A stretch of DNA of 64,000 bases. Origin: Trichoplax sp. H2 (taxonomy: Eukaryota). Both the position numbers and the translations under genes were made by a program. Below are positions 1 through 14,537 of the stretch, piece after piece. The DNA is taken from the NCBI GenBank assembly GCA_003344405.1, contig NOWV01000028.1, positions 1 to 64,000 of the forward strand, in the 5' to 3' direction. The number at the start of each line of letters is the position of its first letter. Position 1 is the stretch's first letter. The notes under the pieces are model-generated. The model was not told the origin of the DNA. It ran no database searches and saw nothing but the letters and a program-made list of their open reading frames with translations.

Positions 1-1662
1 GGTAGTCCAAGGAATTGACTTATTGATCGTGCTTTACGTTATCTTTTTGCACAACTGTTTTGTGACATTGAATATCAGTAACAAGGATTAATGAGAATAA
101 GATACCCACATGCCTTCAAACTTACTGTAGTTAAGATAAGATAATACTAATAATTTACTGAAAATTTTTGACAACCGTTATTTATCATGCAGTCAGCTAT
201 CTTGACCAAAATTGAATTAATGCTATAATTATTATATCCTGTTTTCTACTTTTCGCTAAAGATTTAAACAAAGATTACAAAGCAGAAAATTGTGAGGAAA
301 CATTTATTATTAATTACATTATGTTATGATGTTGCACGTATATATTAATATTTGCAATGAAAGTGGGAGATACATTAGACGTTTAGGCTTCAAAGCTTGA
401 CTTTGCTAAAATAGATAGTATTTACTGCCATTGGGTACCGCATCCTTTCTTATAAGATCCATACATATCTGCTGTAATAGTATCTTCTTTAAGTAGCGTA
501 AAGTATTTTAAGGTAGACGATGATAGAAGGTATAAAGGATTTTATTGAGATACAAGTTACAGGCTAACAATGATATGGTTGTTATAGATAACGTATTCGA
601 GATAGCAGGAACGTAGGAACTGACTAACGAGTTAACGTACAAGGGTATTTATAGGTTTTAGATGGGATTGAGATAATGTCTTTATATGTATAGCATGTCG
701 TCTATATGTGGTCATGATGTCGTACATTATGAATGTAATACAATACAGTACTTAAACGGTATATGATAAGTATTCGTATATTAGGATATTACTATACTAG
801 GCATCTTCTATATAAGATCATAGTGTTACATCTGCCAAATCCCATTTTTATCGTAGATCAGTTGTCCGCTATAAAAAGCTGCGATATATTCTACCAGATT
901 GTCATAATCCCGATTCCATTTGTCAGTCGTTTAGACAAACAAACAGTGTGTACTGGAAATTAAAAGGATTCCTGAAATTTTAATAATATTTATGATCTAA
1001 TAAAATAGTGCATTGTGGTAATAAATCCAATCCACCATTTTAAACGAGCAGCGCAGGGGTATTTATACTACTGTTAGATGACTGTGACTATGGGTTCATT
1101 TCGATAGGTCAGTATAAGATTCTTACAGTACTTTTTACCTCAAGATTTCTTCATGTAAAACGAATAGCTCTAAGGTAGTAATTTCTGCAGAGTACTGATT
1201 ATTAAAATAGTATTCGTTATATCGCTATGGGTATCCAATGGGCCTTTAAATTTTGATTTGATGTAATTCTCTGATGAAAATTGAATAAACATAGAATCTT
1301 TATAGAGTTTTCTACACAGCCATTATGACTGTTACATTTTCTTATAACGGTTGTTATCGACAGAGCAAGCTTTGCTTGCATATGCAAGTGATCCTTAGAC
1401 ACATTATAATGATTGGTATAGAATTGACCACTGTACTAAGGACATTGTACCGCACTGTAGATATCTTACAGTACCTGCTAATCTTAACTTGGTATGTTCA
1501 TCACCGTATCTTAGTTATCATAATGTGCATTGGACCATTAACTAATCTTAATATAGCATTTCATAGCATTTCATCCGTGAATGAATTATTGAAAAGTAGT
1601 ATTCTACAAGCATAGCTGTGAATATAGTAGTGCCTGGCTATTACTGGGATATATATAATGTT

Positions 1663-1745
1663 AAATGGTAATACTATCTGTTAATTATTAACAAATGGGT
1701 ACATTATCGTAAACCGTCAGCAAAGCGACGTGAGTTTGTACTAGT
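1663..1745 (+). repeat. Short dispersed repeat, copy 1
   Basis: aaatggtaatactatctgtta...cattatcgtaaaccgtcagcaaagcgacgtgagtttgtactagt. A closely similar copy lies at 58399-58471. Confidence 0.75.
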
Positions 1746-4401
1746 TTAATTTAAAATATTCTGTATAGTATAAAATAGTGGGTGGTAAATAAACGTAAAT
1801 AACTTGCGATATCAATTAATTAAATTACTTTTATAATGATTAGAAACTGTGATGGAGGGTTCGATATTTCGAAGGATTGAGATTTAGTTGTCATTTACAA
1901 TTAGTACACCAAAAGTTGTATAAAAGTTATACTTTATTTTAAGTAGTAAAGTACAGTGAGGTAGTTACAGTAGATCAGCGTGCAAGCTGTCATGAGTAAC
2001 GTGTGAAGATTAACCAGGAAACTAACGATTTCTGAGGTGGAAATCGGTGGCATTTATAGTTTTAAAGATAGAGCTCATGCCGAGAAGAAGATTGTAGAAT
2101 TTGATACAACACATACCATAACAGGCTACAACATAGCTGATGATTGTAGTAAACAGCGAGTACTGTAGTAACTAAATACAGTAGCCTATACATGAATGTG
2201 AAGTAAGCAGACTGTAGATATGTCTAAATATAAGAGCAATACAACACGTCTATATTTAAGAGTAGAATATACTGTAAGTATATTCTACAGTATACAGTAT
2301 TCTAAATACACTACAGAAACTATATAAACTAGACTCGCCTTTGCGATTTTTAAGTGTTTAATTTTCTTGTAGATGATTATCAAATGAGTTTAACTTGCTT
2401 GGTTATAAATAAATTTGAACAACCTTGACTTTTATAATGGTCTTGATATAAGCGTTAATACGAATGACACATATACAGTTTTGCAGTTGTACAATTATAG
2501 ACGGTAAAAGTATTAATAGAATTGTTTACGCTCTGACAGTTATAATTAACTTAATTATTAGCTTTAAATGCCATAGCTATACCATAAGTTTTTATATAAT
2601 AAATATAGTTTTACATGAGTATTTTCTGGTATGTCTGTTGCCAATCAGTAAAGCCGCTAATACAAAACTGATATCTTCGTCGAATCTTTAATGATATATG
2701 TACATAATAAATTTGTTAAACTGTGGATATGTAATTGTTAGCAAGCATTGCTACATGTTAATAATTTGAAAGACTTCTATCATACCTTTAAGTATTAGTC
2801 GGTACTACTCACAGAAGTAGATACGGTTGGTGTTTAATATTAATTAATGGCGTTATTTTTTATTTTAATGTGTATTAGATTTAGCTCAAGACAATTACAC
2901 ACTTACACTAATATATTTCATAGTTCACTTATTACTTTTTCACAACGATAGAAATTAATATCTGCATAATAACAGTTCAAACCAGTGCCATCTATGAATG
3001 CATTTATACCTGCAGGAAAAAGCTAACAATTGTAGAACTAGCTATTATGAAATAAGTAAAAAATACGAAATATTCTCATTTTTTTCTCTGTTCACTTAGA
3101 AGTTGGCCTATATCTGCTTAATCTACAGTCATAAGTTATCCAGTAAAAATGTTTAGAATAAAAGGATAAAATATATCAACTCCACAAACACCCAGGAAAT
3201 AGTGAGAGTATTATGTACTATATATTTCTGATTAGATGTCACTTCAATTGTAGAAACAACCTGTGTCTAACTTAGCGTTACCGATAGTTTAATGAATTTT
3301 ACAATCAGCTTGAAATAATAAATTGGAGTAATTCTTTGGCTTCTTCCAACATACGAAAGTGTCGCGTTTTGATGATAGAGGAAGCTGCGCATCAAGAATA
3401 AGTGAACATCGACGATCACCACTTGATCGTTTCCACTGAATCGGTCCGGACACTGTGGATCGCAATATACATGTGCGATTTACTACACCACCTACGGCAA
3501 TTAATGTAGATAAACGAATAGTGTGGGTTCCTAATTAGACACCGATTGCCTAAAGGATAGCAAATTATGTGATAGGCAATACTTAATAGGAATATCTTCA
3601 ACTTATAGATCATTTGTATCCGAGAACGAATATGGATCGATATGCCATTGACGAAAAAAATTAACTTGAAGTCGTAGGTATTATCAATTACTATTAAGTA
3701 CCTGAATCTTAATCTATTTCTGAGGAATTATAGCTATATTTGTCGATGTATTGGATAAATTACTGATTCTATACTCAATCTGATACGTTAATAAAAAGGT
3801 TTTATACATTTTCATCCGAGAGTAAGAAGATATTTAATCATATAAAAAAGCTTAGTTTTGAAATAAATTATATCATTTTCTTATTTACAATAATTAGTGA
3901 GCTAATGGCTCATAAATTATCTAAATTCGTCTCATAATTCCAAAATATAATTTTGCTCATGATAGCAGTAATAAAAGTAAGAACACTACGGAATGCATGT
4001 TATCGAATTTACAGCTTAGATAACACTAACCCATTATATCATAACGTATCTATTATTGAACTTAAAAAGTGGTGATAATATCGCAGTCCTATAATATTCT
4101 TTAATATCCGAGATAAAGATGTCATTAACTAACCATATGTTTTCAAATGTAAATACTCTAACCTATTGGCTACTTTTAAATTACATCATTCACTATCTTA
4201 GGTAAGCAGTACGGTAATAATATTGCACTGGATATCAAGCCGAAAATTTCATCATCTGTGTTTCAGTCACAATAATACACACAACTCATAATTCTCTACA
4301 TCTGATCTCACGTTTGCGATTAAGTTAGAAAATAATATTCGATAACTTTAACTCCTTCTTCGACATTAAATTGGTTACTATTATAATAGAGAAAATCGGT
4401 T

Positions 4402-5169
4402 ATGCTAATGGCTGAGTCCAACTCAAAATTTAGTTCCTTTCTAATATTAATAATAGTGCTAGCTATCCAGTTTGTCTCTATCAACAGCCAAAGCAATATA
4501 ACGGTCACTTCTAATCCTCATCGTAGAAGGCAGAATCAAATCAGGAAAGTGAATCGCCCAAACTCCAACAACATCACAATTAATGTTCATTTGGTCAATC
4601 CACCGGCTACACAAGGACCAACTCGACCTAACAACCCATGTACAAGTAATATTGCTCGAAGTTCTTGCGATCAATGTATTCATCGTAGTAGCCAATGTTA
4701 TTGGTGCAATTATGATAATACATGTCGTAATTTGCCATCAGGCCAAAGCCAACCATTTCGGGGGGATTGTGGTAATGATGCCTGGCATACTGATCAATGC
4801 ATCATCACAGGAAATGTCTTACCTATCGTCATACCTGTAACAGCTGGTGTTATAGCGATAGCTGGAACCTCTTTACTTTGTTGTATGTGTTGTAGATATC
4901 GATCCAAGCGCCACGTTGATCGTCAACTGAGAGAAATTCGTCAAAAACAAGAATCAGAACGAAAAAAGAAGAAAGATAAAGATAAAACAGTCGAACGTGC
5001 ATTTAAACTGGAAGTAGTCAGACAGAAATACACAAGTAAAAATAGCAGCAATACTACAGCGTATTCATGGGGAAATACATCTAACAATCATTCAAAGCTT
5101 TTTTCCTTCAATCCATTTAAGTACAGACGTTTAGATGATGCAAATAGTAATACTATCACTGCCGTTTAA
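4402..5169 (+). CDS. PTTG1IP-like (PSI domain) type I membrane protein, intronless CDS
   Basis: 255-aa ORF with an N-terminal hydrophobic signal (FLILIIVLAIQFVS), a PSI-type Cys pattern (SCDQCIHRSSQCYWCNYDNTC...CGNDAWHTDQC), a TM helix followed by CCMCC, a basic charged segment, VRQKY and a C-terminal NPFKYRRL (YxxL) motif. This matches the PTTG1IP family layout. Confidence 0.8.
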   Translation: MLMAESNSKFSSFLILIIVLAIQFVSINSQSNITVTSNPHRRRQNQIRKVNRPNSNNITINVHLVNPPATQGPTRPNNPCTSNIARSSCDQCIHRSSQCYWCNYDNTCRNLPSGQSQPFRGDCGNDAWHTDQCIITGNVLPIVIPVTAGVIAIAGTSLLCCMCCRYRSKRHVDRQLREIRQKQESERKKKKDKDKTVERAFKLEVVRQKYTSKNSSNTTAYSWGNTSNNHSKLFSFNPFKYRRLDDANSNTITAV

Positions 5170-8140
5170 ATTAATAGGTAATACTATATCGCGACGTGGA
5201 CAATTATTTCAAAAATTTTAATTACGTACAAGATATGAGAGCATTCAATGCCTCAACCATTCAACTGTAGCTTGATCCAGATTTAAATAAAGCTCAGCAC
5301 CTAGATGTAGAATAAAGAGTTTATTTTTAAAAGATTTACAGAAGCAACCACCTCATTTCTTTTTCTAAACTTTTTAAGCAGCGATCTTATTTTAATTTTT
5401 ACGTTTAAATGCAGTTATAGTCATTTTCCTATTTGTGCCTAAAAGCAATTAATTACTTTGCATACTTGATTATATTTCATGAATTAATTCTGGATATTAC
5501 TGGTACTTTAATTAAAAGGCTGTAAAAGGACTAAAAATCTAATTGTTAATGTTATATCGTCTGGTAAACCATTGCATTACGCAATATTGGGTAGTAATGC
5601 TATGCTATACAGTTTATAAACATTCATATCAGTTATATACAGTGATTACTTCACAAATTGCTCCTTTTAAAATATAATATGTCACGATAAAACTAATTGC
5701 AACAAAATTAGCGAAAGAGCTAATTTTTTTGTCGAGTTACATTCGCATATTGTAAATATGAGGTGGCTAGCTAAGTGTGTAAACACCTGTAAGTAATTTC
5801 GTATTTCCGTTTATAATATAAGATTTCGTTACTCTATAGAAATCGCCAAGAAATTAATAGTACTTTGAATATAATGTGCCAATCTGCATTTTTCAATAAC
5901 TAAGCCATTTCTCTTCCTTCTATATAATTTGATCTAGAAGTTGCTATATTACCATGCTGCAATGCTTTCTAGTGATTGTCTGCTAAGGCTGTTGTGACCG
6001 CTACACGATAGCTTGCTGGGTATTTTAATTAATATGAATTATATATCACTATTTCATTATCAAATTGTAAAGCCTTTTTGCGTGCTATATAGTACAGCAT
6101 AATTTCAATATTTTAATCTTGCGTAAACTTACGAGGAGGAAGAGACAATATAAATTGAGAGCACTACTCAAATTGACGAACTCATACAAAAATGGTCCTT
6201 TTTTGCCTGGCTTAGACCAATTTTATAGTAGGGTACAGTATTAATACTCGAAATAGAAATTCTGTCAGAAAATAAAAGGAGTCTACTCTCGCTGAGGTAG
6301 TGTTCAAATTCGTAATAAGAGTTGATATTATTAAACTGAATTTCTTATCGAGTCAAGTATACTCTGGATTTCTTTCTATGATTCTTGATTGTATTCCTGT
6401 GTATAATCTTCGTATCCTGCGAAGATTTATGAATTTCTATTGAAATGAACGATTTATCGTTAAGCGCTGTAAGAATTGAAAATTTTCGATACGACTAATA
6501 CATTTACACTGTTATTAATAAAAATTGCAATGAAAATTAGTCAAGACCCTTGTTATCTCGATATTTAAGGAATACAGCATTAGCATTAATCACCATGATA
6601 CTTACAAAGTAGTTTATTAGTGGTATTTGGAGTTTTTTTAGCAAAATCTATTTGAAATTATATTTTCAGGGCTACTGTTAGCAATTAAAATTACGCTTAC
6701 AAGCTATTACATTATGCTATCTTTATTAATAGTGTAGAGTTTCTAAACATTATTTGCCATGTATGAGAATCAGAACACGTCATATTGTCAAATTCACAAA
6801 TTTCAATATTTAAGTACTAAATTATAAAAAGTTTGAACTGAATTAGCTACAATATACTGTAAATGTTTTGTAATAAAAGTATCAAATAATAATAAGTGCA
6901 TTAAACATGCAATTTCAACTAGCAAAATATATTATTACAGTAAATATAGATCGCCTTTAGAAATGCAACTGTAAAAAAACTCGTGAAATAATTCCATGAA
7001 GACGTACACCTCATGAAAAGTAACAGGCATGACATCATTTTAGATAGGTATCTATTTTTAGTTGTTGGAAAGTTCATAATGACATAAGGTTAGATGTATT
7101 ATGTGTTATTTGATGAACACTATAGTAAGTAATTGCTCTTAATTGAATCAGTTCTAAGTGATAATTGATTCAAGCTAAAGAAAGACGGTAGCAAGCAACA
7201 TTGAAATATCTTAAATTAATCAGACATATCGTAGTTATTGGACCTGCAACATTTTAAGTACATTTGCATTCCATATCGTCGTCTGTCACAGCTCAGTAGT
7301 TGGAATAAGAAAAGCGCAAGCTAACTTGAGACGCAAAGTCAAGTTTTGAACTAAAGTTGTTAACAAAAATTATCTTTATTTTAAGAGAAACTATAGTGAT
7401 ATAGAAAATGTCTATAGGTAAATATGTTGATATTGCTATCTCTTTCTCTTAATTTAGTGTTCATCAACCTAGTAAATATGTAAATAGATTTTCTTACGTT
7501 ATGCCACTTTTTTTAAGACTCTTACCGGTCAATTACATCAAGAATTAAATACAATTTATCATATCTATTGCAAGCTCGAAATAGAACTATTGTCACCTAC
7601 AATAGCAATCGTATTACTTTGAATTCAACTAGTAAAGCGTACTGTATGAATACAAAATCTACCCAATTCACTTTGAACGGAACTCTAGGCAGAAAAGCAA
7701 ACGTGAAATTATGGCATGCATTTTTCGTAATTAGATAGGGCGCACTGATTGTTGTTAGACGGCTTTTCATTATAGGATTTTGGTTTATTAAAGAAACAAT
7801 ACAATACGTTGAAATAAATAACCGATCGCTGTAAGTGTATTTATTTAAGTTCTTCCTTTCTTATTGCTTTGTGTTCTTTATGTTCTTTGCATTAAATATA
7901 ATTTAATCATAAAGAGAAGCTAGAGAAGATAATGTAATACTAAATAACATCTATTCTTTTAATTTTACAAGAAAGATAATAAAAATAGTCACATGATGAA
8001 TCGCATTCCAATCAGAATGATGAAACACATCCAATCTAATTGCATTAAGTCACTATGTCTTATATTGCTCCTAATTGCCTGAATCCTATCATTTACGAAT
8101 CATCAAACTAGCGTGGAAGACATACGGAACTGAACTTCAT

Positions 8141-10393
8141 ATGGCGGGACTTCGTGATATTATTCTGATTTTGGGAATATTTCTTCCCGCAATTTTAGCT
8201 AGCAATGAAGTCCATAATATTTTGGAAATCCTGAGAGTAAGAAGAATAAATATACTTGATCAATTTTATTTTTAAAATCTAATATTTTTCAGGTAGAATA
8301 ATCATTTACTTATAGATTACTACGATCTATCTGCTTAGTTTCAGTAGATATATTCAACACGTATTCCAATTTATTAAATCCAAACACTTGTCAAATTTTA
8401 GTGTTTAATTGTTTGGTGATCAAGTAATTAGCCACATAATTCGCTGGTTATCTGTATTTGCTCCTAAACATAACATAATGAGTTCATGTTCATTAACCAT
8501 CGTACCTCCTTTTCTAATTACGAAACTGATCGTGTTATCTCCTACCTAGTCGATGGATTAAGGTATCAATTTAGTACATGTTCGCTGATTTATATCAACT
8601 AAATTACAGTTAAACATGCGGTTAAATTAGAATGTAATAATCTTATTAGTTCAAATCAGTAGGAAGTGAATCTATTCGTACACAAAGCTAGCATGCCATT
8701 TGATAAAACTTACATTTTAAAGTTTGGAATTAAGACAGAATCTAGCTACAAAAATAGCATGTATTTTAATTGTTCCTTTTTAGACAAGTTCGTTTCATAA
8801 AACTAAGCTCTGATGGAGTAGTGATCCATGCAATTGAACTCAGTTCATCATAAATTATTATACATAATCCTGATAAAAAAATCTATCAAGTCTCACTGTT
8901 AGTTACCAACCTTTAATGCCGCATATACCTGTGTAATAGCTCAGGAAATATGCCCTAAGCCTGGAACATACTATTAATATCGCACCTTATAAATCCATTA
9001 TGAGAGCTAAGGAAATACTGATGTGAGAAAATTTCTGATAGCTGTCTTAACAACTATCGGATTTTCATACCGACATCGAAGATTTAACACTAATTTTGGA
9101 AACACTATACTAAAATTACTAATCAGAAGTAACAATATTAAAAAGTTACCTTAATGTTAACAAGTTCATTTCGTGATTATTAATATCTAGACTCATATTT
9201 ATTTAATTATCTGTTGCACAAATAATAATTAGTGCTAACATAGATACAATCATAAATGTTTTGATCTAATTTAACATTTTGTGTTTGCTAGTCTGAAAAT
9301 CGTGCGCATCGTCGTAGTAAAAGAGCCGCTATGGTGAATGCCTTTTCATTAGGTCCACTAAATTTCTGTGGTGATGTCCTGGCAAGTGCTAAGTCAATAT
9401 GCGGTATAAATTATAAAACCCCAGGAATGATAGCGAAATTTTCTAACCTATTAGCCAATGATGTACAAACATTCACTAATACTGCACTTAACCTGGCACC
9501 AGCATCACAAATAAAGACTTCATGTAGGGCAGACATTAAAAATTTCTATTGCCGATTATTTTTTCCTTCCTGTAACGCGGCTTCTGAGTTGATATCCTAC
9601 AATCTTCCAAACTGTACTACGTACGGATTATCTTGTCCTAAAAAAGTCTATGATCGAGCCCATGCTTTAAATCTTTGCAAAGTTGTTCCTAATGGTTCAT
9701 TCAGAACTGATGTATGTGTTAAGCCGTCGACTGAAGGTACTACGATATGTCCTAAACCACCCTCTAAGCTCTTAGTTCCTCAATGGTTAAAACATGAAGA
9801 TAGACTTAATGATCGTTCTGCTCAAGGCATTACCTCGGCACTTAAATTTTATAACGCCTCCACCAGTTGCACAAAAAGGATGCAACAATTTGTATGCGGA
9901 TCTCAACTATTTTGCTCACCAGACAAAACACAACTATTGACCACTGCTACTCAAAGGACATGCATGAACGCATTGAAATGGTAAGTTCTATCGCTCTATG
10001 AAATAGTTAATGAGATCAATACACTTCTCGTACTTTAAATAGATTATTTTAAATAGAGCATTTCTTAAAATTTAACAGTACCGTTAAATAAATGCCATGT
10101 AGTCTCCATGCCAACAACTAGCGTGCTGCTAATATTCAATTATGGAATTAACATGAGCAACTTACTCTAATGATGATGGTTTACTTTCTTTTGAAAATTT
10201 CATTAGTTTGCCTGTGAAAGCCAAATTAGCATTGGACAAATTCTTCGATTGCAGTCTTCTTCCACATGAAAATACATCAACTCCAATCCGTGTTCCTAAT
10301 GATGCTGCCTTAATATCAGGAACAAGTCAATTATGTTACAGCCTGTCTACTATCTGGGTCCTTGTAACATACCTCTTTCTCAGATTTCTGTAA
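8141..10393 (+). CDS. Secreted/GPI-anchored double Frizzled-like CRD protein, paralog A
   Basis: Exons 8141-8236 (MAGLRDIILILGIFLPAILAS signal peptide, phase 0), 9292-9980 (SENRAHRRSKR, then the Cys-rich units) and 10207-10393 (split TG|T Cys codon; hydrophobic C-terminus). All junctions are GT-AG and in frame. Confidence 0.85.
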
Positions 10394-12851
10394 TACTGTA
10401 CTATTTTTATATCATCTGTTAGCTAACTCATAATGCTAATGATTATAATATAGTACGGTAGCAGACAGATAATATTCTTAAACCTATGCACATCAATGTA
10501 ACTGTTGTTAGCAAATTTTCATAGACTTATAGTTGATAAATGCGTATGAAATGATAGAATTCTTTACTATATTTGTTTGTGCTTATCCTTAAAATTATTT
10601 TACTAAGTGAGAAGCACTACTGCTAGATTATTTCAGTAATCTGTAATTCAATAAAATATTTCAACTACGAGTATATAGCCCTCTACTATATGACAAGTAG
10701 TTGTTTAAAGTATCTAATACAAATTAAAGGTTTTTAGGCAATCACATTACGGTATAGCTAGATAACAAAATCAACAATCATTTACCCCAAGTGAGTCAAG
10801 TTTGCTATTTAGCAAATATAATAACTAAAACACTCTGCCGCATCTTACCTCAAATTATTTGGAAATAGTGTAAAATTACTAATAAGGTTATCAGACTTTA
10901 GCCGGAATCTTATAATGTATTATCAACACACAGTTGGACAGGCGGAGTTGACTAAGTGTTAAAGCACAGTATAACTTTGTTAATTTTTATTTGAGGGCAG
11001 AAAACTTGCCTACACTCCATTATTTTTATAAGATATACAGTAATTCATAATTCGAGCCATTGTGATAAAGTGATCTTCAACAATAAATCAAGAACTACAG
11101 TATGTTGTAAATTTCACGATATTACATAAGTTAGGTTCATCTCACCTCTACCAAGGACTATCTGACTATCTGAATTATTACAGCAAAATTCAGGGTTTAT
11201 ATATACAATTTGTTACAGAATTCTTTTTCAGCTACACAATCATACAGTAACTTGCCAATTAAGACGCAAAGACACTTGATACAATATTATACCCTAGCGT
11301 ACAACTTAAACTATTCTCGTACAATCTTGGATGGTAATCTAAGCTATATTGGGCGCTGCACTACAGCTGCACTGGTTTGAGAGGGCATCCAAAAAAATAT
11401 GATAAGAGCTACGATATCTAGTAAACCTTATTGACGAGCACAAGTTAGCCTTGTTATTGAAGAGGATCTGCAATCATTTCTTTCGTGATAATAGGTACTT
11501 GTACAATCAAACATCTAAAGTACAAGCGCGATTTATTTAGGGACTGAATTACAACTTCATTATAATGTCGATGTCATGGTCCTTAACTTTTCTACCCATC
11601 ATCTACTGTACATCTACGCTTTTTTACTGATGGCTAGTACCAAAACAAAACTTTACTCCGTCTTAAATTGCATATGATTACCGTTCAATCGATAATATCG
11701 TTGATAGATTGTTGTATATGTATATATATATAAATATATAAAGATTGACGTTCTCGTTCGAAAATCTAGAACGTGTTCAAGGCACTTTTTTACTCTCAAG
11801 TGCAGTATCTACAATATCTCTGTTGGCGCAGTGGTTAGAAGATACTTTAAAAATATCTAAGTTAAGGATACTAAGTATTACTGGAGTGAAAACCCTTCAA
11901 TTATAATTATCCTATCGTCAGTTCAAGAATAAGCTCGATTTCATTTCAGCTTTTTATGATTGCAGCCTAGGCTGTATTACAGCATAATAATAGCCAAGGG
12001 ATTTCGAAACATCAGCGCATGTTCAGTAGTGGAGCATTTAATAATAATTCATTGCTCCCTCTCAAGTTCTTGGTAAACTCATATCGATATTAGGACGACA
12101 AAGATACCCTTAACTTCCAAATGTAATGTATACGAACATAACCATATGGAGAATCGGTCATTTTGTAGGCTATCTCAGCTCATCCCTACCAGAATACTAC
12201 TGGATCATTTTTAGCAGTAATTAGCATAATATTATGGTAACATTTGAAGTAAATTCATGATCGTCACGTGAATTTGTTTGACATATGTCAAATATTGTAA
12301 AACAATTGTTCTCAGCATCATTTGAATATTAGTGCTATTGTGAAATAAAAGTCACGAGTAATGCACGATCATCTAGAGTGCTGGAAATATGTGATTGATG
12401 AAAAGCAAAGTGCTTACAGCATAAGAAGTATGCATAGTATGGTATATTACTATAGATATATCTGGCTAGCTATATTAGACTGGAGGTAAGGTTAAAAAAT
12501 GATATCATTCTACTTACAGTACTTAACCCTAATTATATTAATTCGATGCCAAATTTTTGTATTGATATAGTGGTACTGTACGCCGGTGAGATATTGTTAT
12601 GTTTTGAAGTATTTTACTTCGGATAGTAGGATTACATACGCATTATACCCTATAATAAGAATACAGTAACAAGGATACTGGTACTTGAGTTATTCATTAT
12701 AATAATTGTAATTATCAACGTGCCGATAGTATTAATTGGAGATACACGGTAGTACTGTAGCCATAACGTATTAATAACCGTGTATTAACGTAACGGTCAC
12801 CAGAAACCGACGATTTCGACTTGATTATTACCAAGATCAGAAGCATTCTCG

Positions 12852-14537
12852 ATGGCTACTATTTCTCTCAAATTTGTACTTTTTCTCACCGCTATCGCTA
12901 GTACATGTCTAGTATTGGGCAATGAGTCTGCCGACTTTCGTCATTTCCAAGAGGTAATTTATGGATAGAATAATAAAAAAAGAGCTAATTAGGTCTCCAA
13001 TTATGTCTTTACTTGGTTTGTATTAATTCAATCATATAGTTTCTCGCCAAAAACAAGGTAGCAAACACGCTTAGTAAAACAAACCAAAATACGTAGTGTA
13101 TAGTTTATCGACTTGAGACCATTCAGAAAAACTTCTAAACATCTAATTAATTACTCATCAAAAGTAATTTTTAGATCATCAGGAGTTTTAAAGATCACTT
13201 TGCTACAAAATTTGGTTATTATGCCAAGACTACTCGTCATTTAATATCTTTATAAAGTTTCATATTAAAGTTCAATTGAATTAATCATAACAATTTTCTA
13301 TTTATATTCATTTTAACATTACTTTCTATTATATCTTATATTCAATATCCTAAAAAACAGAGAGAATCAGCTACAATATTAATTTAAAAACATATTCTAT
13401 CTATATTTTACAGGAAATGTCCTTGAAAGAAAGATACAAAAGAGCATCACGTATGGTCACTGCTTATTCACTGGGAACGCTTGATGCTTGCCAAGATATC
13501 GGTTCCGCAGGTGTTTATTGTGGTTATACTTATAAAATTCCCGCCGTTATCGCTCGTTTTGCAGGACAGTTAGCAAAGGATGAAAAGATTATAATTAGCG
13601 CACTCACAAATAATCCAAAATTGCCTGTGAATCAACAGTGTAAAACAGATATTAAAAACTTTCTTTGCAATGCGTTTTATCCTGTATGTAATTCAGCGAA
13701 TAAAACTGTAACCTACAACTTGCGCGATTGTGCTAAAACTGGTTTAACATGTCCCAAATCTATCTACGATGCCTTCCACAGAACGTCTTGCAAAAACATC
13801 CCTTCAGGGACATATGCTTCCAATAAGTGTGTAAAACCATTGACAACAGATACAAAAGTTTGTCGAAAACCGAATGCTAACGCTAAGGTACCACAATGGC
13901 TAATTCATGAAGATCAACTGAATGATAATTCAGCGCAAAACCTCCAGAAATCATTAAAGAAACAAAATGCTTCAGCATCGTGTATACAGAAAATGACCCA
14001 GTTTATTTGTGGAGTACAACCGTTTTGTTCAACGGATGAAAAGTATATCTTAACCACTGGCTATCAACAACAATGTTATGATGCGCTACATTGGTAAGAA
14101 GTATTCTAATTTACTAAATTTCTGTAGTACTTTAATTGAATTCCACTACGCCATTAGTTTGTTATGGTAAAGTAGGTATATGGGATTAAAATGGGTTACA
14201 ATTTATATAGCCTACATACTTATACAATCTGATTCTCCTAATCTATAGGCCGTAGATAACCTGTTAGTATGTAAGATACAGTGAATAAAATGGTCGCAAA
14301 TATAGCTTGACATGTAAGCTAATTTACTTTAATTCTTTCAAATATAGCTTGCCTCCTAAAGCACAACTATCCTTGAAGAAATTAATTGACTGCACCCTTT
14401 TACCTAACGCAACAACAGCAAAGCGATTCCAAATACCTTTTGATTCAGCAATAGTATCAGGAGCGTATACCTTTTCTTATAATGCTGTGATACTTTGGTC
14501 ATTAGTTGCATCGCTTGTCCTTCATTTGTTAAATTAA
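12852..14537 (+). CDS. Secreted/GPI-anchored double Frizzled-like CRD protein, paralog B
   Basis: Exons 12852-12953 (MATISLKFVLFLTAIASTCLVLG signal), 13414-14093 (RYKR site; FLCNAFYPVC and FICGVQPFCS motifs) and 14348-14537 (hydrophobic tail). Intron phases are the same as in paralog A. Confidence 0.85.

Noticed and set aside
11822..11900. tRNA A-box-like sequence TGGCGCAGTGGTTAG
   Set aside because: No GTTCRA B-box at a suitable distance and no cloverleaf pairing; not callable as a tRNA or SINE.
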